DNA of 64,000 nucleotides from Octopus vulgaris (taxonomy: Eukaryota), in assembly GCA_951406725.2 (NCBI GenBank), contig OX597821.1, forward strand, positions 71,176,001 through 71,240,000, in the 5' to 3' direction. The translations under genes and the position numbers were made by a program. Each line of letters opens with the position of its first letter. Position 1 is the first letter of the stretch. Below are positions 53,918 through 64,000 of this stretch, piece by piece. Below the pieces are notes generated by a model. It ran no database searches and was not told where the DNA came from. It saw only the letters and a list, made by a program, of their open reading frames with translations.

Positions 53918-54520
53918 ATATATATATACATATATGCATGTATGTATATATTATATATGTATGTATATATGTATGTATATATCCATTTACGTATGTATAT
54001 ATATATACATATATGCATGCATACATACACATATCTATGCATATGTATATACAAGATCATGATACATGCTCACACACGCACACACACACATATACATGTG
54101 TGCGTGTGTGAGTATGTATACACCTATTCAAAATGTGTTTGTGCGTGTGTAGTCCTGAGTGAGGCGCCATTTTGAGTGTCGTTAATAGAACCCCCATTAA
54201 GTGACAGGAAGTTGATTTGTAGAAGTAAAACGATACACAAACCGCACTTCAAGATATAAAGTGCAGCACTTGAGGCGGTTTTGTTTTTTGTATTCTCGAG
54301 TGACTTCACTCTTTGGTGACGGATGTCCACACGACTTCAGCTCCTCTCCCATCGCTCATCGTCTTCATCTGCCGACATTGTAGGAAGAAAAGAAAACTTT
54401 TGAATATGTTCTATTCGTTTTTTTTTTCCAGAAAGAATATTTTCAATTAGCTTTCCACTAACAACATCATCATCATCATCATCACTATCATCATCATCGT
54501 CATCATCATCATCACCGTCG

Positions 54521-54614
<94 letters not shown>

Positions 54615-54924
54615 CATTATCATTATCATCATCATCATGTGTGAGTTCCAACCTAAATAAGCAACCAACTATCCCTCAAACCATATTCTAGGTTTCTTGA
54701 ATTTCTTTTTAACCATTTTTTTGCCCTGTATCCTACTAAATCAGATCAAGTGTGACCACCTCTATCAACGAGTTGATGATGATGATGACAACGACGATGA
54801 AGATGATGATGTTAGTGGAAAGCTAACCTTCTAGGCGTTGCTACAGCTTGGCCGCTGTCCACTGGCTTAAACAGGTAAAAGCTAAAAGATACATGTGTAA
54901 GTATATAAATACATGCAAATACAT

Positions 54925-55081
54925 AGACAGTAGCTGTTTGGTAAGAAGCTTGCTTCCCAACCACACGACTCTGGGTTCAGTCTCACTGCGTGACACCTTG
55001 GGCAAGTGCCTACTACTATAGACACGGGCCGGCCAATGCCTTGTGAGTGGATTTGGTAGACCGAAACTGAAAGAAGCCCGT

Positions 55082-55146
<65 letters not shown>

Positions 55147-55365
55147 ACATATATATATATGCATGCATTTGTGTCTCTCCCCCCCATCGCTTGACAACTG
55201 ATATTGGTATATTTACGTCCCCTAGCTTAACGGCTCGGCAAAAGAGACCGATAGAATAAGTACTAGGCTTACAAAGAATAAGTCCGGGGGTCGATTTGTT
55301 CGACTAAAGGCGGTGCTCCAGCATGGCTGCAGTCAAGTTACTGAAGCAAGTAAAAGAATTAAAGA
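54925..55365 (+). mobile_element. tRNA-derived SINE, family B
   Basis: Reverse complement of the 7060-7451 family, with an internal (TA)n tract. Confidence 0.85.
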
Positions 55366-55382
55366 ATATATATATATTCTTT

Positions 55383-55440
<58 letters not shown>

Positions 55441-55562
55441 TATATATATATGTGTGTGTGTTGTGTGTGTGTGTGTGTGTGTCTGTGTATGTAAAAGAAA
55501 ATTTAGAAAATGGAGATATATAGAATTAATATAATTCATTATCTGCAAAAACCCAGCATATT

Positions 55563-55646
55563 CTCTTACAGCTGTTTCAATTTTGCCTAAAGGATCAAAT
55601 TACCATGATTAACTCCATTATATCAAGCAAAATCTCATGAGAGGGG
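55563..55646 (-). ncRNA. Degenerate hammerhead motif with long stem II
   Basis: Minus strand CTCATGA-gattttgctt...aggcaaaatt-GAAACAGCTGTA; G5 mutated; palindrome ACAGCTGT. Confidence 0.5.
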
Positions 55647-55751
55647 TAGAAAAGATATACCGTCAGGTTATTAGGTGTTGTGTTTCGAATCAGACTGAAT
55701 ATTATTTTGTGGCTAATATTGGTAATAACCTATATACGTATATATGTACAA

Positions 55752-55837
<86 letters not shown>

Positions 55838-55848
55838 TTATTTGCATG

Positions 55849-55879
<31 letters not shown>

Positions 55880-56302
55880 GGAAACAGGGGGGAAGAATGA
55901 GAAAATAAGAGGAGAGGAAGATCTTTTCTAGGTTTAAACAGTTAATTGTTAATTGTAAGGACATAGATGTCAATGCTAACAGCATCACGGTCTATTAATA
56001 GCTGTTGTATTAAGGAAGCAACATCGGTGGCTATCTTGTTGTCACGTCCTGTTTTTGATAGTGAGAGCATGGATGGCAGTCATTAAGAATAATTATGATG
56101 CGGAATAGAATAAAATATAACATAATATAAATATCTAAGTGGAAGAGAGTGAGAGAGAGAGAGAGAGAAAGGGGGAGAAAGAGGGAGGGAGGGGAGGGAA
56201 GGAAAGAATGGGTGAGAGGGAAGTAAGAATTAAAGAGGTCAATACGACGAAGTAGGAAAATGGTGGACGGAAGAGATAGAGAGAGGTAAACAGCGAATGG
56301 GT

Positions 56303-56349
<47 letters not shown>

Positions 56350-56355
56350 GACATT

Positions 56356-56396
<41 letters not shown>

Positions 56397-56519
56397 TGTA
56401 CAAGAACTGCAACTAATGAATATAAAACTTTCAGCTTGATTGAGTTGGTCGAATAATAAAGTTTAGCGATAAAATTTTCTTCATTGCTATTTTTTTTTCT
56501 TTGTTTATGAGCTTAATGG

Positions 56520-56960
56520 ATTCATAACCTCACGTCTGGTCACGAATGTCAGGTAATGAGCGAAAGTGTATGATCGCGAATAAAAGTAGCCGAAATGGGG
56601 TTCCTTGGAAGGGTTTCCAGAGTGAAGTTACTGGACGGGGCGCAGGGCTCAATAATCAAAGCAGTCTCTGCAGGTCGAGTTATGGCTCTGCCGCATTGAG
56701 ACGTCACAGCTTTGGTACTATTGACATCGTAATTGGAATCGCAAGGCGGATTCTTCAAGTAGAGCCAACAGGCAGGAGACCAAAGGGTGGACCAAGAAGG
56801 AATTGGCTGGATAATAGCCATAGTCTCAGCGGGTCGCATTTAGGAACCCAAGCAGAAAGTATGGTTGATTCTGATAGTATTCTATGGAGGAGGGGGATGC
56901 CTGGGAACTCTGCTCCACGATCTCCTCACTAGCTGGAACAGCGGGCAGAGAAAATAGATG
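56520..56960 (+). mobile_element. RTE-like LINE 3' fragment
   Basis: IARRILQVEPTGRRPKGGPRRNWLD; homologous to 31800-32180. Confidence 0.75.
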
Positions 56961-57938
56961 GGTGGAAGGTTAAGCTTTGATTAATTAATTAGTTGACATT
57001 TATCGATTAATATTAGGTTTGTCGCGTCTTTACGTTCTGAGTTCAAATTCCGCTGAGGTCGGCTTTACTTTTTATCTTTTCAGGGTCGTAAACTAAGTAC
57101 CAGTTGCATAGTGGAGTCCATCTAATCGACTTACCCTCTGCCCAGAAATTGCTAGCCTTGTACCAAACTTTGAAGCCAGTATTGAGTAACTCGCATCTAG
57201 AACTTCCATGGCGCTTCTATCCGTCAGCATTGAGAATATGTCGCCTGAGTAAGGTTGTTATTTTGCTGGAAGATTAGAAGTCGCCAATACAAGTCTCTTC
57301 TCTCGATGTTATTAACGGTATCCTAAAGGAAAGGCTTCCATCTTAAGACCGATACAGCTTGGCACCAACGTCATCACGGGGTTTATTGGAACGCAAAGGG
57401 GCGGAACAAATACCACACGGTACCCGTCAATCGACCATCTTCGATTGGTATATTTTTACCGAATCTCGAAAGACTGAAAGGCAAATATTGACTTCGATGG
57501 ATCTTGAACTCTGAGTGCAGAGATTTGGAACAAATATATCTGGACATTTCTATTGAACTTTCTAACCACTCTGCCAATCCATCGCTTTCGCCTTTTTTTA
57601 ATGCATGTTCTTTGCATATACGTAGCCATTTGAAATATTCGTGTCAATAAATAAAGTTATGTAAAAATCGCCAATTTCTATCTAATTATTACATACATAC
57701 AGACACACATATATGATAATGATGATAACGATATATATATATACATACACACACACACACACATATACGACGCACTTCTTTCAGATTCCATCTACCAAAT
57801 CCACTCACAAAGCTTTGGTCTGTCCTACGCTATAGTAGAAGACACTTGCCCAATGTGCCATGTAGTGAGACTGAACTCGGAACCATCTGATTGGGAAGCA
57901 AACATCTAACCACAAAGCTACGCCAGAACCCATATTTA

Positions 57939-58790
57939 CAGGGTGCGATGGGCAAACTGTCGACATTTTATATTTCTAACTTCATGCATGCACATTGTTG
58001 TTTTTGATTTTGTCGACTAAACAGTATAGTAGGGTCAGTTGGGTGCCGTCAGTAAAAAAAACAGCACAATGATGCAATTCATTCTGCCACAAATTTGGAA
58101 ACGACATGCTGTACTGCTTGGCATTTGCACCGGAAGTTCCAATAACAACATTCCAGAGTATTTGGGTGGCAATCCAAGGACAGCGCAATCTCAGGCCAGG
58201 TACCGAGAGTGATAAAAATTAAACATCCAATCAACATCATGGTGTTTGGAGTGATTACTAGTGATGGTACGTTATGCCTCCATTCATCTTCCCACACGAC
58301 CTCAGACTCAACACGGAGGCCTACATCAAGTGCCTGGAGGAATTAGTGCTGCCCTGGGTCAAGAGGATGGCTGCTGGAAGATCCTATGCCTGGCAACAGG
58401 GCTTTGCACCATGCCACAGAAGCAAGAGAACACAGTCATGGCTGTCAGACAATTTCTGTGATCACATCATCCCTAACATCTGTCCACCAAACCCCACCAC
58501 ACTGCAACCCCCTTGATTATTATATGTGGGGGGGCAGGTGAGCGAGAGACCAACAAAAATTCCTTGTAACACCAAAGATGAACCAAAGGCAAGGATTATG
58601 GCAGCATTCACCAACTTAAAACAAAGAGACTGCCCAGAAGAGTTGCAGGAAATTCCGAAGTTGTCTGGAGCCCGTGTTTGAAGCCAATGGCGATTTTATT
58701 GAATAAATTTAATCTTTAGTATTTCAAGATATTTTAATGTAATTTTAGTAAATATATTTGTTAAAATGAGATGTCAGTGTCATTTCATTT
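57939..58790 (+). mobile_element. Tc1/mariner superfamily (maT-like) transposase remnant
   Basis: KHPINIMVFGVITSDG.VMPPFIF...WQQGFAPCH...PPNP...LDYYMWG; catalytic D degenerate and frameshifts present. Confidence 0.8.
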
Positions 58791-59064
58791 CCATTTTTTA
58801 GTAATTTAGACAATACGCACACACACATATATATATGTATGTCGCCTGTATATATATATTTACACATTTGTCCCTCTGTCTGCCTGTTCCTATCTCTTTT
58901 TTCTCCCACCTCCCCCTCACCCACACATACACCCACAACCACACATACACATACATATATAAAATACAATAATATATACCGCAATTTAGTAATGAGTTTC
59001 TTGCTACGCCAAGTAGTAAACCCATTTCTTTTCCCTCACCACTTATACAATATATTCACACACG

Positions 59065-59128
<64 letters not shown>

Positions 59129-59716
59129 TCAGCGGATTCTCTGTTCTTTTACCACCCACTGATAAATTTACTTGCTTATTTGCCTTTTATATCCTCCTGC
59201 CGAGTATTATTCCTTAATTTCGCCATATTCTCATCTGTCCGTCCGCCAATGTCTTATCTAACTAATTAATACGATCATCCATATTTCAGCCTAACTATTC
59301 ATTTATCCATTAAAGTAAAATGTCTTATCGGTCTGATCTGTTCAACAACACTTATCGCCAGCCAATTATCTGTACAGGCAACACAGTAGCTATTTTAATT
59401 GCTATTCCATTGCTTCACAACTTCTGGATATCACATTTTAAAAAAATTCAATATTGCAAAAGATTTGTTAATCATTAAATGTCAGGAATGTCGCTAGTAG
59501 CAGCAGATAACGTCTCGACTCCACCATTTCAACGGTACATTGACATTAAGCTATTGTATGTGTGTGTGTGTGTACAAATATTTAGATCTATATATCTGTC
59601 AATCTTTCTCTCTCTCCCTCTCTCTAAATATACATACATATATATATCAGGTGGTGCTATTAAGTTAGACATGGCCTGGACCAATCTTTGGTCGAAACAT
59701 ATCTAAGTTTATCTAA

Positions 59717-59831
<115 letters not shown>

Positions 59832-59899
59832 TGTATGTATGTATGTATGTACGTATGTATTTCGAAAACAAATACAAACTAATATAGTTCTTACATTTG

Positions 59900-60100
59900 A
59901 CAGAAACGGGGAGGCTAATTCGCCGGTGTAAAGGTAACACACTTAATCGAGTTAACAAAAGGATGTTGGTTCGAGTCTCACGCAGATAGGAAAGCCATTT
60001 TTTTCTGTCGAGGGTTTATATGCCCCATTATTAGGCTATTTTCCTTAGTGATTGTACGGTAAACACCATAAGCTTTACGCTTATATAAAAATACCATTAT
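59900..60100 (+). mobile_element. tRNA-derived SINE-like head (different family)
   Basis: A-box-like gccggtgtaaaggtaacac and B-box ggttcgagtctc; no complete cloverleaf. Confidence 0.5.
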
Positions 60101-60110
60101 TATATATGTA

Positions 60111-60157
<47 letters not shown>

Positions 60158-60159
<2 letters not shown>

Positions 60160-60542
60160 AGCAGTATCGCCCGGCGTTGCTCAGGTTTGTAAGGGAAATA
60201 ACTATAAAGCATTTTTAGAGAGTTATAGCCAAAAAATAGCCAAAAAATGGAAAAAAAATGATGGTAAATTTTTTTTGAGAGTAAAAAAAGTTGGAGTTGC
60301 GTCCCCTAGACAGTTTGCGGTTTGTGTTTCTGATTCTCGACCCCATGTCGAATTTATCGATTTTTTTCAGAACTGGGGGAACTTTTCAAAATTTTCGCTG
60401 CGTTAGTTTTGAATTATGACATTGGGCTATGTGTGTGTCAAGTTTCATCAGAATCGGTTGAAAGCCGTGGTCAGGGTGAGGGTACAAGCAAACAGACACA
60501 CAGAAACACGCACAGACAAACTGCCGTTTATATAGAGAGAGA
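60158..60542 (-). mobile_element. Non-autonomous Helitron
   Basis: a-ctag-cagtatcg-cccggcgttgctcagg; opposite end tttatatagagagaga-t (5' TC); shares about 100 bp with 837-940. Confidence 0.78.
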
Positions 60543-60657
60543 TTAATAAAATAGGAGATGGAATGTGTAATAGACTTTATTGGGTACAACAGGGAATCGA
60601 AACTGTGCCGGTGCTTTACTCATCATCTATTTATGCATTTTGTATAATTTCTCCGTT

Positions 60658-60719
<62 letters not shown>

Positions 60720-62004
60720 GTCCGGAGTTTATAAAACTGAAAATACCACACTAAAATCAAATTCTTTTTTTTTCTTCTTTTTCTTGAGTTGTAATATATT
60801 TTATGTAGTAGTTGGTTATGGCCGATCAGAAGGTCATCATTAGTTTCACGTCTATCATTGCTCTTAGAAATATGGCATCTGACCAGAGCTGCAGGCCGGA
60901 GGTACATAATCTCTTTAACAATGAAGGTAAGAAGACATCGTTAAACGGCAATGGCTGTGAAAAAAATGAACCCTGAAACGAAGAGATTAAGTTTGACCAT
61001 TGGACCGCTTCCAGCTGTGGCCAGAAAGTGCCAGTTTATGTATCGTAGCCGTTCACTCTTCAGCAAGCGGGGAATTCCATAACTCCAACATGAATTTTCT
61101 CTCATGAGGTCTCAAATTTTCTCCCATGAGGTCTCAAATTTTCTCCCATGATGTCTCAAAGAAAGAGGGCGGTAAAGAAGTACGCCCGGAGTTTTTTGTG
61201 GTCAATCTTCGACATTTGTTGCAATCGAACGATCTGACAGGAAACTCCTGATCTATGAAATAGGATGGAGTCCATAGCTGAATGACGTTGGCAAGAAGTT
61301 CTGGTGACAGAGACAGCCAAAGGCGGTAACGTTGCATTTTTTTAATGCCATGAAAAGCAAAACACTAAATGTGTATGAGGTAAGGAAGTAGGGTTCCCCT
61401 GAGACAATAAAAAACCCGCAGCGGATGAGAACGTAAGACTCTTAAATTGGTAGTGGAACATTATAAACTCGGCAATTTCATCTCGAAACAAACAAAATAT
61501 TGTCATGCATGTATGTATAATGTCTAAAGAGACAACTGTTTTCATCTCAGTACAAACCGTTTTGTATCTTATACAAAGAACACTACTTGCTCTCGTCTTT
61601 TCGTTCAAATAGGGAACCAGTGTGTTTCAAATCGGTGTTTCGTTTCAAAGCAAAATATTATGAAGTCTTGAGGTAGGATCTTGAAGCTTACATCCGGTCT
61701 CCCATGACGCAAACAACACAGCTTGTTGATATTTACTCACAAGTGTGTAGCACAGATATAGAAGCCCTATTGATATTACGCGTTACCATTAAGATTTACT
61801 ATACGACCAGTGTATGTATGCATCTGTGGAAGGATATATATATAATATATGTGTGGGTGGGTGTGTACTCATTTATGTATATATGTACATAAGTGTGTGT
61901 GTATATATATATTCATACATATATACATACACATATATATATATACACACACACACGCACACATACATACTTACCTATCTACATACGTACATACATATGC
62001 AACT

Positions 62005-62600
62005 ATATTCATGAGAATACGCGCGTAAAACATACAAATCTGCACGTACATACATACAAAAATACCTTGTTGTTAATGTTGAAATTCCAATGAAGGAGCC
62101 CTGGATCTAGGTTAGAAACCGGTTCTTTCTCTATTGACAAGAAATTTTGAAATAAGCTGAATAATGACACATCTATACATATTGGGGCCCTGGGATATGT
62201 AATACAATGCCTAAATATCAATCTTGAGAAATTAGGCTTCTCAAAACCAGAAAGGAGAAAGCTAATTCGAAGACTACAGATCCAGCCCATCCCTGGAACT
62301 GTAAAAATCTTTAAAACTTTCCAGAAGAATTATCATTTAAATATATATGAACATGTCAAGATAAGTAACTCTATGCATGAGAACACATACATAAAACATA
62401 CAAATCTGCACGTATACATATATACATTCATACACAGACACATACATACATACATACATACATACATACATACATACATACATACATACAAACATACCCT
62501 GTTGTTGATGCTGAAATTCCAATGAAGGAGCCTTGGATCTAGGTTACAAACCGGGTCTTCCTCTATTGGCAAGAAATCTTGAAATAAACTAATAACATAC
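62005..62600 (+). repeat. Two copies of a (TACA)n-associated dispersed repeat; also at 34820-35000(+) and 24665-24727(-)
   Basis: gaaattccaatgaaggagccttggatctaggttagaaaccgg...ctattggcaagaaatcttgaaataaactg. Confidence 0.75.
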
Positions 62601-62802
62601 ATGCATACATACATACAACCATACATACATTCATACAGGTGTGGAAATGTAAACTCACTGGAACGGCCAGAGATATAAGTACAAAGATGTGTGTGTGTGT
62701 GTGTGTGTGTGTGTTCCTGTGCGTGTGTGAGTGTGTGTGTGTGAATGTGTATGCCTAAAACAAATACATGTATAAATTTGCTTGCATGTGTGTGTGCAAT
62801 AT

Positions 62803-62843
<41 letters not shown>

Positions 62844-63589
62844 CATGAGACACGTACATGCACACACGTACATGCACACACACACACACACGTGTGTGTC
62901 AGCGTATTTCCTTAATTCACCCGTTTCGCCGGAAGAGGAAGCGTAAAGATAACGATTTCTTTCATACAAACTGAAGGACGGTTTCCTAAACGATAGGTTC
63001 CTCTCTCTCTTATTTTTTTTTTTTTTTACGAGGAAATCAAAGCTACAATTCTAGAGAATAGTAAGAAGAGGAGGGGGATGGGGAAACAAATAAACAAAAT
63101 ATGGTCTATTCTGATAAGTGCTAAATATTGAAACCATTTATCTGTCCCATCCCCCACTTCTACCCCCCGCATCATTTAAACTAGAGACAGTTGGGAGGAC
63201 AAATAGGAAGAACAAAATATTTATTTGTGAAGTTTTGCCAGAGAACGACGTTGGATGGCAAATTCAATTTGTAACGAGTTGGACAAAAATCTACCTCAAT
63301 TCCACGGTCCTCACGTACCACATGACATCTACACACCCATCACACTTACCCACAACCTTGTGCCACTCCAGTTCCAATGTTGCATACCACTACACATATA
63401 CATCCTTTCAAAAACCCACATACACACACATACCCCTATATTCATCTCTACACGGATACTTACCTATGCTTGCATCCACCCATACCCCTCATTCCTTACT
63501 CACCTCTATAGAACTGTTTTCCCACCAGGCCCCTAACCCCGTCACTCGTTCTTCTGTATTTTCCTTCCACCAACAACTTTTCTCATTCA

Positions 63590-63720
63590 CTCTTCCTCTG
63601 TATTTTTGGTCTCTTTCTTCTGATGAAGTAACAGCGTCCGAAACATCAAGACGTTTTCATTCCTTCCTTAACTAATAAAGCGTTTATTAAAACTTGTTCC
63701 TTCTGTGCTGTTTCTCTTTT
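63590..63720 (+). mobile_element. Short repeat family with hammerhead-like motif (63616-63651)
   Basis: TCTT-CTGATGA-A-gtaacagcgtcc-GAAAC-ATC-AAGA. Confidence 0.55.
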
Positions 63721-63845
63721 TGAGGTCAATATCTTCACAATGTATTTGGGTAATTCTTTAGTTTACACAAAAGGGATCTCGTTTTTACTCTTCCGATACA
63801 GTCCTGTACTACTCCTTCGTATTTGCCCCTTCCCAATACTCTTTA

Positions 63846-64000
63846 CTCTTTACTCTTTTACTTGTTTCAGTCATTTGACTGCGGCCATGCTGGAGCACCG
63901 CCTTTAGTCGAGCAAATCGACCCCGGGACTTATTCTTTGTAAGCCCCAGTACTTATTTTATCGGTCTCTTTTGCCAAACCGCTAAGTGACGGGGACGTAA
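63846..64000 (-). mobile_element. tRNA-derived SINE, family B (cut by window end)
   Basis: Near-identical to 7060-7210. Confidence 0.85.

Noticed and set aside
54337-54668. Poly-Asp and poly-Met ORFs
   Set aside because: Translations of a (CAT)n microsatellite with no splice or domain context.
59900-59990. Possible tRNA gene
   Set aside because: A and B boxes are present but no full cloverleaf or acceptor stem; better explained as a SINE head.

Overview
AT-rich, microsatellite-dense eukaryotic DNA. The SINE, Helitron and LINE repertoire suggests an octopus (coleoid cephalopod); this is inference, not a database result. The main feature is a minus-strand latrophilin-like adhesion GPCR gene. 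I reconstructed 19 coding exons by hand between 39965 and 10540, all with GT-AG boundaries and consistent phases, giving about 850 codons. The domain order is C-type lectin (EPN motif), Ser/Thr linker, HormR, GAIN/GPS (HL|TNFAILMDV), 7TM and a short tail. The start/signal-peptide exon was not found. The introns and flanks contain Penelope-like element (PLE) remnants and about a dozen hammerhead-ribozyme-like motifs. Two of these have intact cores on the pre-mRNA strand. One sits at the tip of a nearly perfect 3.57-kb palindrome (about 1.78-kb arms) inside the TM4 intron, so its own antisense copy is transcribed first. Several other intronic fold-backs are present, along with mariner/maT, RTE, CR1-group, Dong/R4 and Helitron fragments and tRNA-derived SINEs. 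Nearly all ORFs in the supplied track are microsatellite artefacts.
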